DNA of 64,000 bases from Eledone cirrhosa (Eukaryota): the NCBI GenBank assembly GCA_964016885.1, contig OZ024742.1:213590001-213654000 (forward strand). Reading direction: 5' to 3'. Below, one piece after another: positions 17,674 through 31,307 of the stretch. The first letter of the stretch is position 1. The number at the start of each line of letters is the position of its first letter. Below the pieces are notes generated by a model that saw only the letters and a program-made list of their open reading frames with translations, was not told the origin of the DNA and did not search any database. Made by a program: the position numbers and the translations under genes.

Positions 17674-17811
17674 GATCCTGTGTATATGTATTTTCATTTC
17701 AAATTACGACCAGACCTCATTGTTTTTCAATTTTCCGATTTCGATATCTAAGATAATATATATGTATAGAAACATTTCCGTAACATTTCGTTTCTCATGT
17801 CGCTTATGGCA

Positions 17812-19019
17812 TCTGTATATATATAAAATTAAGTTTGTGTGTGTGTGTGTGTGTATCTATGTGTCTGTGTATTACCTATAGGGGCCTACATCTTACGACC
17901 GATTTTCATGAAACTTTACAGGCTCATAGATTAGTCATCGGGGAGTATTTTCTATATATCAGCGTATCATTTTTTTTTATTCCGGGGTCATTCTGCAGAT
18001 AAAAATCGATAGGGGGGGTCACCTTTTGCCACCGATTTGCCACCGATTTGCCACCGATTTGCCACCGATTTGCCACATTTTGCCACCGATTTCGTTCAAA
18101 TTTTAAAGCAAAATAGAATTTATCATTGCACATCCTGTAATGGCTTTATATTTTGCATTTGTTGTTCAGGGACAGCGTAGCAGCCGCTTAAATATTCAAA
18201 AATACCACTTTTAGACTCAAATTTCCACTTTTTCGGCTCTAGCTCCCACATTAATTAACCTACTTTTGTTCAAATGTTACACTACGCTAGATGTAATTAT
18301 TTTACATCTTAAAGTCGCTTTACATTTTGGATTCTTTTGTTCAGGAACGGCGTGGCAGCCGCTTAAATATTCGAAAATACCACCTTTTCGCTCAAATTTC
18401 CGCCTTTTTGGCTCTAGCACCCACATTTTTCAACTGATTTCGTTCAAATTCGAAACTTTGGTTCCACCTCAAACATAAATCAATTTATTTGGTTCAACTT
18501 TTATACTACGATAGAACCTATCATTGCACATCTTATAGTAGCTTTACACTTTGAATGTTTTATTCAGGGACGGCGACCTATCATTAGCTCCCACATTTTT
18601 CAACCGATTTCGTTCAAATTTGAAACTTCGGCTCCAGCTCACCCATAAATCAATTTATTTGGTTCAACTTTTATACTACGATAGAACCTATCATTGCACA
18701 TCTTATAGATGGCCAAAGGCAAAACGATGGCCATTGACGTCGTCTGAGCTTTTAGTTGTGTATTTGAGAATTCATCGGTTTCCAATCAAGTAACGTGAGG
18801 AAATTTGGCTTAGTGTTAGAGGTCATTACCTCCCTCCCCCAGCATGCCCCTTCGTCAGTCACCCGCGTTTCTCAGTGATAGAGGTCATCACCACCCTCCC
18901 CTGCATGGCCTGTGTGTGGCCATAGATGAGTCATCGAGAAGCAGTCGCTAAGATCAACACCTTTTCATCAAAGCAGATATTATTTTACCTACCCAGGCAA
19001 CGCTGGGTACTGCTGCTAG
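17812..19019 (+). mobile_element. Non-autonomous Helitron
   Basis: A|TC 5' end, 3' hairpin CCCAG-GCAACG-CTGGG then CTAG|T; internal 11-bp tandem (GCCACCGATTT) at ~18028-18090 and ~180-bp internal repeats. Confidence 0.8.
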
Positions 19020-19409
19020 TATCGAATAAAGCTAAAGTCATGTAACTAATGTTCGAATAATTTACGAAATATTTATTTTCTTTTGTTACTTAGTCAGTAT
19101 TAATAATTTGTTCTACTTTTTGCACAAGGCCAGCAATTTGAAGGGAAGTGTGTGTGTGTGTGTGGGGGGGGGGGGGGCTGACCTCGACAGGTTTTTAATT
19201 CAGAACGAAGAAACTCGTAATTAAATACCAAGAAGCATTTTGACTAATACCCTACCGATACTGCCAATTTACCTCTCTAGACAGCATTAAAAATAAATGT
19301 GTGACTTCACTAATGTCTAAAATATCAGAGTGGAAGATCAATCAAGCAGACCTACTTGTCAAAACAGTGGCGACTATCATTTATTTTTTCAATTATTATT
19401 ATTATTGTT

Positions 19410-19510
19410 GTTATTTATATTTTTTACACGTTATATATGTAAACCCCCACTGTCCCTGTCTATTGTATTGTCCCCTACATGTAGGCTCTTGTGGCCAATA
19501 AGGAAATTAT
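19410..19510 (+). mobile_element. 3' tail fragment of the Tx1-like LINE family
   Basis: ATGTAGGCTCTTGTGGCCAATAAGGAAATT(ATT)n matches the 3' ends at 21176-21260 and 49820-49895. Confidence 0.7.
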
Positions 19511-19531
19511 TATTGTTATTATTATTATTAT

Positions 19532-20550
19532 AGGATTGTTTTCTCAGATTAGGTGTTGAAAATCTGGATATTGTGCGATAACAGACACTAATCAGTGGTC
19601 TTAGGTATCACTAAATGTGTCTCCATCAACTGTTCCCAAAAGGCAAGCTTTCAGAAATAATGCTATAGGGCATTCAATTTCCATTTGCTTTATCCAATAA
19701 TTAAATTTATGGGTTACTATTTCAAAGGCACCTATCACTACTGGTAAGATTTTAACCTTTTTTTCCAATTTCCGTGCAATCCCATACTTTATTGGATTGT
19801 AATTTTTCTCTTCTTTTTCTTTCACTCTTAAGTTAAATGGGCACGAGGGGTGTATTATATATCCACATTTCTGTTTTTTGTCCACCATCGTTATATCGGG
19901 TTTATTGTGCCCTGATACTTTGTCTGTCTGTATTGTGATGTGAAGTCCCATAAGATTTTACAACCAAATGATTCAATTATAACTTGTAGTTGTACCACTT
20001 ATCTTCAAACTCAAATCTCCACATATGGCAGAGTTTCTAATGTATAATCTTGGCTACTTCATCGTCTTTCCATTTTTGTATTTGTTTGGCGCCAAATTCA
20101 GGTACTCGGAAACAATGTGCACGACTGTCTCCTCGAACATTCCACACATTTGGGATATGTCTTCCTTGTAAATATGGTTCCTAACGTGATTGGTCTTCAA
20201 CAGCTATGATAGTAATTTTTGTTTATTTCTTTAGACTTCTTTTCTAAGCCAATCCCGTATATGTTTATCGCCCAGTTCTTTGGTTCTTTTGTCCATGTAA
20301 TGCATTTTTTTCTCCCTTTCCTTTCTTTAATAGCAATATATTTTTAAAACTCTTTTGATCAAGATTTTCTTGCTTTGTTCTATATAATTAATCAGGCTTT
20401 TCTTTTCCAAGCTCACACAGTCTTCGACACCAATAAGACCTCAATCTCTCCTTTTCATGTACAGCCTGTCCACGTCTGCTCTTGGGTGATGGGCACCATG
20501 CATGGTCAACAATTTTCTGGTTTTCCTATCCATTGCTTGGAACTCCATTT
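19532..20550 (-). mobile_element. Decayed R4/Dong-like non-LTR element (CCHC plus restriction-like endonuclease)
   Basis: CGMFEETVVHIVS.. then HNKPDITMVDK..PF..KEKEEKNY..VKILPVVIGAF..LKACLLGT; flanked by ATT/AAT repeats. Confidence 0.8.
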
Positions 20551-20761
20551 ATTGTTATAACAATAATTATTATTCGGTAGACCGTCGGACAGCATGCTTT
20601 GCAGCAAGAAGTTACAATTCCACTGAAGTTAGCTTTGCCTTTCATACTTTCGGGGTAGATAAAATAAAGTACGAGTAACTTCCTGGTGTCAATTTAATTG
20701 ACTTTCCCCTCCCCAAAATTTTTTGGCCTTGTGCCTAAATCAGAAATTATTATTTATTCAT

Positions 20762-20792
<31 letters not shown>

Positions 20793-21128
20793 TATATTTA
20801 TTTATTGGTGCGTGGATTTGTTAGATAATGGCGTTGATGATCTAGTAGTGGTGTACAAAAGTCAAGTTCAGTGATCGATGTCGAAAAATTAAGCGGAAAC
20901 AATCCAGAAAAGAATACAAAACAAGAAACAGTAGATGTTTATTGACGCATATTCAGTTCTAATCTGAAAATATATCATTATAGTAATGATATATCATATA
21001 TGCGTTCAGACAAGCGTAAATGATTTAATCTTACTGTGTAATTTACCAATGTTGAATTTACCAATGTTGAAGTAATTGAGTTGTCATGGTAGATTTTTAT
21101 AATTATTTTAAATTCGAAAGTGATACCG

Positions 21129-21171
<43 letters not shown>

Positions 21172-21426
21172 AATAATGATTTCTTTATTAACCACAAGGG
21201 TTTACATAAAGTAGACATTAAGGACAGTGCAGGACAATGCAGGACGGTACAAATGGGCATTTCTGCGTGTAAAAAACAAAAACAGAGGATGTAACAAAAA
21301 TAACAATGAAAAATTCCCCAATAGGGGGGAGACTTCGGAGGGACATTTGTGGAGAAAGCCCAGTAAAAAGCCACAATGACCCTGACCACCAAGGCAAGTG
21401 CCCTCTCCCAGTTTTCCACCTTTAAT

Positions 21427-24400
21427 TTACAGATATATACTCAGAGTAGGCCCATTCACTCGGGCCATTCTTGCTTCTCTCACCCATCTTTCAACAAAAT
21501 GCTGGGAAGAGAGCACTTCCCTCTCTACTCTGATTTTCCTTTTCAAATGAAATTTGAAAAAGTCAATCAGAGCATCACCGAAGAGGTAAGTGCTCGTCTT
21601 CAGCCCTTTCAAACGTGTCCACCATACTATCTCTTTCGCCATGGCCACCAGGCAGATAAAAACTGCCTGCCCTTCCCGGCTAAAGGAGGAGGGCGGGGCA
21701 ATCCTCACGATGGACTCAGATGATAGCCGGATCCGTCCTAAACGCGACAGCAGGTGTTCGACATAAACCCACAAGTCAGCAATTTTCGGACACTGGACGA
21801 GTGCGTGCAGGACGGTTTCGTCGCCCTGCGCGCATCTCGGACATGTCCGGCTGACGGCACCTCCATGCCTGTAGAGTTTATCCCGAACTGGCAAGGCTCC
21901 TCGGTAGCACTGCCAGGCCAGAGATTTCTGGAAGTTGTCCATAGGCCCTGGCCCGAAAGTTCTTCCGAAGAGATTGGCTAGTTGATTTTCGTCGACGCCT
22001 AGAGTTTCCCCAAGTACGTCGTCGCTCTTCCCCTCCACTAATCCTCTATAGAACGCCGAGGTGGAGTTTCCACCGATCACATTGCCCGATTGGTCGAGGG
22101 CTGTGAGCGCCTGAAGACATTCCAGTCTCCAGGCGCTCCCTCTCGGTCTTCGCTTGACCCAGGACTGCAGCTCCGTCAAGGAAACGAGCTGGGGAAACAC
22201 GCGTCTAGCAAACGGCGACCACACCTGATCACCGTCGAGGAAGAGGTGGAGATGTCGTAGCCTGAGCGCGTGCCTGCGCATCATCAGCCACGGCATGCCC
22301 AGCCCTCCACGTAGCGGGTGTTGACAACAGATGGACCGCCTGACCATCGGAGCGCGTCCCTTCCACAAAAAGCGAAAGAGCAAACGCTCCAGCACAGTCA
22401 GGCGAGGCTTAGGACAAGGTACGACGGTCAGGCGGTAGCAGATGACGGACGCGATGTACGCGTTAGCCACCTCCGCTCGACCTTTCAGGGATAGCTTCCT
22501 CTCGGCCCATTTCTGGGTGAGAGAAGCCACCCTGCTCGTCACCTCGTCCCAGTTTTTGTCCGTCTGGAGGTCCGGACCGAACCAGACCCCTAGCAATTTA
22601 ACCGGTCCGTCCGTCCAGCGTCCGACGACGCTGTTGGACGGCATGGACCTGCCTCTCCAGGTGCCGAGCTGCAGGCCCACTGACTTTTCCTGGTTGATCA
22701 TTGCTCCTGTCACCGCTTCGTATTCTCTTAGTGTAGTGCCGATCGCCTCGATGTGTTTGGCGTTCGACACCACTACGGTGACATCGTCCGCATATGCTGA
22801 CACGGATCTTCCGCATCCTAGTTCGCGCGGGACCCCCCTCAACGTCTCCAGTTTGTGCAGTAATGGCTCGAGAGTCAATACGTACAAGAGGGACGAGAGG
22901 GGACATCCTTGGCGGACCGAGCGCATGATGTTGAACGGTTCCGACAGGTGACCGTTCACTCTCACCACAGAGCAGATGTCGCTGTGCATGGCAGCGATCC
23001 AGCCTCTGAAGACGGGCCCAAAGCCAGCCGCCCTCAGGACTGCCGCTAGGTAACGATGGTCGACCCTATCGAAAGCTTTCGACTGATCTAAATTGATCAA
23101 GGACCCACCCGTGCCAGGTTCCCTAGCTACCCTCTCTACGATGTATCGCATGAGGTGGAGGTTGTCGTGGATGGATCTGTCGGGAATGGCGCATGTCTGC
23201 GCCTCTCCCACCAGACCACCAACGACAAGCGCCAACCTCTTTGCTAGCACCTTGGCCAAAATCTTAAACTCTGTGTTTAGCAGAGTTATGGGCCGGAAAT
23301 TTTCTATGTTATCCCGCTTGTTCGGATCCTTTCTCAGCAGTGCCACCGCTCCTCGGCTCACAGAACTGGGAATTCTCCCGTTCTGTTGCCAGTTGCAGTA
23401 GACGTCCGCCAAGAGGCCTCCGAACAAGTCTGGCATCTGTACGTAAAGTTCATAGGGCAGACCATCCAAACCAGGCGATTTACCCCTTGTGCAGCCAGTC
23501 ATTGCCTCCCGTACTTCAGCGGCTGTTATCGGCTTTTCGCAACACTTCGCCTCAGTGGCCGAGAGCCGCGGCAGTCCGTCGAGGTAGACACTAAAGTCCA
23601 TCCCTCTACCCGGCCCCCCGCTGCCCCCGAACAGCTGAGTGAAGTGTCGCTGAAAAGCTTCACACATTTGCCCGGGATCGAGTAGCATGCGCCCGTCGTG
23701 GTCCACCAAAGACCGGATCGTGGCTTTGTTGCCACGACGCGCCCATTGAACGGCTTTCGTCCCCTCGTGTATGAGAGCACGCACCCTTGCTCTGACAACG
23801 CAGCCTTCGTGCTTTGCATTGAAGAATTGGTCAAGGGCCAATTTCGCCGCAAGCATGTCGGTCGCAATGCCTTGGCTAAGCGCCTCGTCTAATTTTCTAA
23901 CTAGTTCTCCCTCTGCTCTATTTTTCTCTATTGCTAAAGCCTTACTAAACGTAATCGATTCTATTCTAATCGCTCTTTTCAGAGCAAACCACCACTTGTT
24001 GTTGACGATGGCCTCCGTCAACGCCCGCTAACTAGTTCGCTAATCCGGTCTCTGTAGGCCTTGCGCGCTGGTAAGGACGCGTTTAGCTTCCAGTAGCCGG
24101 GTCCTCGTCTATGAAGCCTATCTAAGTCAAGCACACAGATCACGAATTTGTGGTCCGTGTAGCTGACTATCTTGAATTGTGGACAGCCTATGCTAGACCT
24201 ATCTATTTCCCTACAAAATACTCTATCTAGATATGATCTGGATGACCCTATGCGATTTGTCCAAGTCCACATTGGCACATTCGGGAAATCCAATCGGTAC
24301 CTGTCAGACAGTTCAAAACGCCTGAGCAGGTTGGTGAGGCTCTTGCACCATCCACCCCTATCCGCTAATCCCACACAGTCCCAGCGTGCATCTAAGATCC

Positions 24401-24830
24401 CGTTCCAGTCGCCCACTAACACTAAAGAGCGGGATGTTCCAAGAAAGGTCTCCAGACGCCGGAAGAAATCAGGCCGCCCTGCTCCTGTCGGGGATTAGAC
24501 GGCCACTAGCCTGAAAGCTTGCCCGTCTCCGCTGGTCACGTCCAGCACCACCAACTTACCCTCTGGGTCCAGGAAGATGGCCCGTATGGCGAGATCCAAA
24601 CCTCTCCGAAAAAGCACAGCAACTCCTCCCCCCGATCCAGGACGGCTGGGAGATGCGTACACAGTGTAGCCGCCGAAGATCGGTGCGAAGGCCCGTGCTT
24701 CGGAGATTCTGGTCTCGCTGATGGCCACTACATCTATGTTTAGTGACCTGAGGTCGTTGAGCAGGTGACCCTGCTTCCATGACGACCCCAAGCCACGCGC
24801 ATTTATGCTGCCTATTCTGAGTGAGGTCAT
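21427..24830 (-). pseudogene. LINE ORF2 (APE endonuclease, reverse transcriptase, C-terminal Cys domain); one stop (24495) and one frameshift (~24020)
   Basis: SINARGL, ISET, GDWN, YLDR, TDHK; KSPGLDG, FRPITLLN, LDQSKAFDRV, RQGCPLS, YADD; CPRC..ETVLHALVQC. Confidence 0.93.
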
Positions 24831-24865
24831 GTTTAAAATAGAGTGGAAAAGATGGGAAAGACCAC

Positions 24866-27041
24866 TTACCGTACTTTTCGTAGAGGAAGGATGGTTTTTA
24901 CATCCCTTTTCACTTGATCGTCTGGTGAAGGGACCGTTGAATCGTCCATTCGGCTGGTCATCGGCTCTTCTATGAGTATGTCCGAATATACTCTTCGGTT
25001 GATAGTTCCTCCTAGGTCTCTGAAATCACCAACTGCGTTGGGGAATTTCGTTTTAATGTTTGTGTATTGTTTCTGTGCTATTTTTAGCAGTCTTATGTTA
25101 GTTGGCGTTTTGATTGGTGCTGGTATTATGTAGTCGTGTTGTGAAATGTCTGTGTGTTCAATTATGTAAGTCATTAGTTTCTTGCTGTGTGTATTTATTG
25201 CCGTGCATTTGTTTTTCTGGGGGTGGTGTGTGGTTCTGCTATTTTCTTGTCGTTTTTGCTGGGTGTGCGTGTTTTGTTGTTGTGTTTGCGATGTTGGTGC
25301 TTGTGGTGGTGGGGTTGAAGGTGTTGTTGTTGTTAGCGGTGGGGTTGTCGCCGGTGGTGATGGTGGTGCTAGTGTGGGTGGTGATGGTGTTGATGGTGTT
25401 GCTGCTGTGAGTCGCTTTGCAGTAGACTTTACCCTTTTTTCATTTCTTTCCTCCCTTTTCAAAGGCGACGATGCGCTGCTTCTGCGTTTGTGCCTTCTTA
25501 CGACCTTTTGCCATCCCTCTCCCACCTCACACTCCATGTCTGATTCTGTGAGGTCGGGGAGGGGTACCAGCTCCACTCTTTCACTTGTTGTTGTTGGTGA
25601 TGTTTGCACTGGAGTCTCTGTTGCAGCTGCATTTGGTATTGCTGTTGTTGTTGTTGTTAATACTTCCACTGCTGCTGCTGTTTTTGATTTCCGTGGCGTG
25701 GGTATGGGTGCCACGGACCTATCGTTCCTGGTTGCCGCTTGTCCTGTTGCTGGTAGCCGTGGAGCCGGTTTCGGAAGGAGGGGGGTTTTCTCCTTTCTCA
25801 GGGTCTTCTCGTTGCAGAAGGCCCTGAGGTGAGTCTTCGATCCACAGCGAAAGCATTTCGGGCGTTTGCCCTCAACACTTATGGGCAGTTGAGTGCCGTT
25901 ATCGAAGTCTATCATATCCGGGATAGCTTCGATGCACTCCTGGTTGGTTTGGATTAACATCTCAATGGAGGTGCCGACCCAATCTTCTCTTACTTTTTTC
26001 TGTATTTGCTGTACAGTTGTTTTGTCCTCGATTCCGACGAGGACAGACGCGGCCAGCCAAGAAGAGGCCATCCCGGGGGGGCAGTTTGACCCTCACAATT
26101 TTTTGCCCGCAGTAGGAGGGCACCAACACCATTTCCTCGCTCCTTAGGGTCACTACGGATTGAGCCTTTGCCTCCTGGGGTGTGGCAAAAAGCACGTCTA
26201 CGGTGGCATATTTCTTGCCTCGGGTGATGTGTGTTTTCCGCTGCCACACAGACCCCAAGGCTTTTTGTATTTGAGCCTCTGTGGCTCTTTCCACCCTACG
26301 GGATTTTGTACTTACTGTACGGTACGTGACCGTACAGTGCTGTTGGGTTTCGAAAAAATTTTCCGCTGCCTTGCAGATTGCTCGGTGTCCAGTTTTTGTC
26401 ACCATCTTCTTCGCTTCCTCTAATTCCTCATTTGTTATGAGGATTGTTTCCAGGTTCTTCGCGATACCTGCAAACGAAATTGGTTTTTCTTTGCTGCTGT
26501 TGTTGTTGTTGTTGTCGTCAGAGCTGCTGTTACTTTTGGTGCTGCTGCAGGTACTACGACTACTGCCGCCGCCGCTGTTGCTGTGGTTGTTGTTGTTGTT
26601 GCTGCTGCTAATGCTGTTGTTGTTTATGCTGCTGCTGATGCTGTTGCGGCTGCTACTGTTGTTTTCATTGTCGCTGTTGCGGCTGCTACTGTTGTTTTCA
26701 TTGTCACTGTTGCTGCTGTTATTACGGCTGCTACTGATATTATTCCTGACGTCAGACGAATGAAATGGGTTTTCGTATTTCCCGCACACCTGTTTCGTCG
26801 TTGTCGTCGTCGTCGTGGAGAAATCTTGCACGCTTTGCACGAGACTTTTCTTTTCTGTCGTCGCTTGCGAAAGAGAAGGGAGGGAGAGAGACACATTTAA
26901 AGAAGGGAGGGAGAGAGACAATCTTCTCTCTGCTGTAGTGACGATTGAGGAAGAAGAAGACGGAATGAGTGGGAGTGACCTATGAAAATTTTTTTCGTAG
27001 CCATGTTGTTTTTTTTTTTGTTTAAAATAAATATTGGGCAC
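24866..27041 (-). pseudogene. LINE ORF1 (gag-like, CCHC zinc knuckle), frameshifted near the G-run at ~26075
   Basis: CFRCGSKTHLRAFC; overlapping ORFs 25962-27041 and 24866-26071; directly upstream of ORF2; true start uncertain. Confidence 0.8.
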
Positions 27042-27373
27042 AAAACCCCAATAAGCAGTTATTTAACCCCGAAGGGCCAAATAACGGGCAGAAAGACCCC
27101 TTTCACGAGGAGGAGGGTGTTTTTGTCTACAAGTTGGTAAAAGTTTTAAACAATTTACAATTGTTATCGCGGTCAAAATTTACAATACCTTACAGAGCCG
27201 AGCCTCCGTCAACCATAGCATTCAATAATAATAATAATAATGGCAATACAAGATTTACTGATTGGTTATTTCTGCTTCAAATAAATACCATATGAAAATA
27301 TCATAAAAAAATAAAAATAAAATTATTTTTCACACAGTCGTGCGCACACACGCACACACATTATATATATCTG

Positions 27374-27641
27374 TCTTAAGCCAGAAGGCCCATTTGGCCC
27401 GTGCTTATCCCGGTTTCATGGCGGGAAGCGACTGAGAGTACAATACTCCCCCCTTGGACTGGATGCCAGTCCATCGCAGGGTTAAACCCCCAACTATTGC
27501 TGGAACTCATTTTCTGCTGAGTATACTGGAGCAACTTGAAATGAAGTATTTTGCTCAAGAACACAACACGTAACCCAGGAATCGAACCCACGACATTATC
27601 ATCCTAAGTCCAACACCGTTACCGCTAGGCCACGTGCCTCC
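27374..27641 (-). mobile_element. Full-length tRNA-derived SINE
   Basis: GTGGCCTAGCGG A-box, GGTTCGATTCC B-box, GCGATGGACTGGCATCC core; second copy 33562-33830(+). Confidence 0.85.
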
Positions 27642-27655
27642 ACACACACACACAC

Positions 27656-27716
<61 letters not shown>

Positions 27717-28018
27717 ACTGACAGGCCTGAGAATGAATACTCAATATCAAAGTAGAGTTTAAATATTCATTTATTATAGTTAAATGGTGAAACTGGTGAA
27801 CTGGTTACTCTGGAGTTTCACCTGCGTCGTCACAGAGAGGACTTGTGAAACTCCAGAGTAATATGGCTCAGCTCAACACTTAGCCATAAAAATCCATATA
27901 TATATATGTGTGTGTGTGTGCGTGCGTGTGTGTACATACTTACATAATACATACATACATACATACATACATACATACATACATACATACATACATACAT
28001 ACATACATACATACATAC

Positions 28019-28495
28019 AAGGAGAATATTTATGCAGAACTGATGAGAAATCTGCAGATACTCCACCCTGATTACACCTTCAGATTTATGCCTGTGATTA
28101 TTGGGGCACTGGGATATGTTAGTAACTGCCTCAATACAAATCTTGAGAAGCTAGGCTTCACAGGAACAGAAAGAACACAACTAGTTAGGAAATTACAAGT
28201 ACAATCCATTAATGGAACAGTAAAAATATGTAAAACATTCCAAAAATTGTGCATCTAATAACTGCATATACACATGTACAGATACAAAGCATATACACAT
28301 GCACACATACAACTCAAAACATCCACATCCACACATACAATAACATCCATATCTATACATGCATGCATGCAGACATACATACATATCTACCTAGTTGATG
28401 TTGTGTAAATTCCAATGAGAGAGTCTTGTGTCTATGTTAGAAACCGACTCTCTCTCTATTGGTAAAACTTTGTGAAATTATAAAACCAGAAGAAC
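28019..28495 (+). mobile_element. 3' end of an RLE-type (R4-like) non-LTR element in (CATA)n
   Basis: KENIYAELMRNL..FMPVIIGALGYV..KLQVQSINGTVKICKTF; CATA repeats on both sides. Confidence 0.75.
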
Positions 28496-30272
28496 ATACA
28501 TACATACATGGTGGCTGCCAACTCGTTTTCAAGTATGGCCACTACTTTATATCCATGCAGGAGAACTCCTACCGATGCGCTGAACGAGTGTGACTTTTTA
28601 GTCCAGCCAGCGACTTGAAAACTCTGGTACAAACACTACACTTGTGACAATTATTGACACATAGTGCTGGGCCCATGGTACCATGTGACGACAAGTGCAG
28701 AGAGATCTCCAGATATAAAGCAATGCCTGTACCGTGAAGCTTTTATAGTGAGCAAAGGCACTGCACAAAGCCAGTCCCACTCTCTTAACCAAGATGATAT
28801 TTACCAAAAAGAAGAACAAGTCAACATCATTGGATACCATCAGAGTTGCAGGTGTTATATCAGAGTTTTCCTTCTCTTAGAATTCTGCCTTGACAAAGGC
28901 TAAGGGGTCATCTCTCCCGGTGATTTTGGATGGCCATTGACTCTTAAGAGCCCCTTTGCCCTTTGACAGGTTTTGTTTTTAGTCCTGCAGGATGTCCAAA
29001 GTCACCCTCCTCATCAAGAAACCTTGGTGGGGTTGCCAGTTTAGTCGCCAACGACCCGACCATGAGACAGGTTGTATTGGGATACATGTTACCAATAGCA
29101 CCAACTGGTGACCTGACACATACATACATACATACATACATACATACATACATACATACATACATACATACATAATACATACATACATACATACATACAT
29201 ACATACATACATACATACATACATAGTAATAACTTGATAGAAATATCCAAGACGCAGAGCAACTCCAGCCCGCTGGGCGACTTTTAATATATTTAAAATT
29301 AGGACCAGGAACGACCGTTTCGTTGGTTAAATCAACTTTTCAAACTGAAAAGTTGATACAGCCAACAAAATGTATGTATGGACCCGTAATTCCCGAGGAA
29401 GTCGTAAGGGCGTCATATTGAAGTACGACGTTTTTTATGGCATTTTTATTAAAACCTGGCAGAGCCCATTTCTCTCCAGCTCTGAATACAGCAGATTTCT
29501 TCCGGGGAAGGATAGGGAGTGAGAGAAAGGAAGTGGGGAAAGAAATATAGAGAAAGAATCGACTCTAGAACTAGACTCATACTTTATTATCGACCTCGGA
29601 AGAATGAACGGTAAAGTTGACCTCGGCGGATTTGGACTGGGCGAGCAGAGAGCCGGAACAAGTATTCTCTGAAGTTGAGCAGCAAATCTGTTGTTGTTTT
29701 AAATTACTTGACAAATATTCATTTTTTTTCTATTGCCGTTAATGTTCTTTTATTTATGTATTTTTTCTTTCTTTCTTTTCTTTCTTTCTTTCTTTCTTTC
29801 TTTTTTCATTCTTTTTGCTTTCGTTTTCTTTCTTAATGTCTTTTCTCTTTCTTATATTTTTCCTCCATATTCTTCTTTCGCAATTTTTACCAAACATTCC
29901 TTTTTTGCCAGGCATAGTGTATCTCAGAACTACGTTAACCAGTGCAGTTCGTCCTTACGTTTATCTTTTTTTCTTTTTAATACGGTAGAATTTCATTTGA
30001 AGAAGATTAGGTCGAACGTGTGTTTATCCTATATATTTTCATGTTTATTGTTTGAACGTTTGCTCTGGTATCACAGAAAATATAAAAAGCTGCGAAGTTC
30101 AAATATTGTTTTGCTCTATCAGTAAGTTATTTCCACACATGCTGAGTGTGTTACATGTTAAACGGAAAATAAATTCAGTAGCACGAACAACGAAATGCAC
30201 TACAAATATGACCGTACACATTGTTGCATAGTAAAATGGTTATTTTAGATATTGAAATAAATAAGTAAACAA

Positions 30273-30404
30273 GTAGTGGTGGTGATGGTGGTGATAGTAG
30301 TAGTAGTAGTAGTAGTAGTATTGGTAGTGGTGGTGGTGGTGGTGGTGGTGGTGGTGGTGGTGGTGGTGGTGATGGTTGTGGTAGTAGTAGTAGTAGTAGT
30401 AGTG

Positions 30405-30445
<41 letters not shown>

Positions 30446-30605
30446 GGTGGTGGTGGTGGTGGTGGTGGTAATGATGGTGGTGGTGGTGGTGGTTGTGGTG
30501 GTAGTAGTAGTAGTGGTGGTGGTAATGGTGGGGGTGGGGGTGGTGGTAGTAGTAGTAGTAGTAGTGGTGGTGGTGGTGGTGGTGGTTGTGGAAATGATGG
30601 TGATG

Positions 30606-30655
<50 letters not shown>

Positions 30656-30942
30656 GGTGGTGGCGGTTGTGGTAATGGTGGTGGTGGTGGCGGTTGTGAT
30701 GGTGGTGGTGGTGGTCGTGGTGATGGTGGTGGTGGTCGTGGTGATGGTGGTGGTGGTCGTCGTGGTGGTGGTGATGATGGTGGTGGTGGTGGTAGTGGTG
30801 GCGGTGATGGTGGTTCGTGGTGGTGGTGGTCGTCGTCGTCGTGGTGATGGTGGGGATGGTGGCGGTGGTAGTGGTGGTAGTGGTGGTGGTGATGGTGGTG
30901 GTGGTGGTAGTGGTGGTGATGATGGTAGTGTTGGTGGTGATG

Positions 30943-30975
<33 letters not shown>

Positions 30976-30994
30976 GATGGTGGCGGTGGTGGTG

Positions 30995-31051
<57 letters not shown>

Positions 31052-31103
31052 ATAATAGTAGTAGTAGTAGTGTTTGTGGTGATGGTGGTAATGATGGTAT
31101 GGT
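30273..31103. repeat. Compound (GGT)n/(AGT)n/(GAT)n microsatellite
   Basis: Direct reading. Confidence 0.95.
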
Positions 31104-31307
31104 GGAAAGTCGGATAAAATGTTTTGCGGTATTTAGTTACGTCTTCTTGCGGCGTTCGGGGTCGACTCAACCCTTTATCTTTCTAGGGTTGATCAAATAA
31201 ATAACCACTAAGTACCGAAATCGATTTCATCGGTTGTATCAAAACTTGTGGCTTTGTGGTTATGGAAATTTAAAAATTTGATAGTTCATAATTTGCTTAG
31301 TTCCACA

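Larger units (their letters stand above)
21176..27224 (-). mobile_element. Near-full-length Tx1/L1-clade LINE inserted in (AAT)n
   Basis: ORF1 with CCHC knuckle, ORF2 APE-RT-CCHC; AATAAA then (ATT)n tail at 21130-21190; AAT repeats also at the 5' flank. Confidence 0.93.

Noticed and set aside
28510-29118. Possible RTE 5' UTR or coding fragment
   Set aside because: No protein motif could be read with confidence; only the CATA flanks are clear
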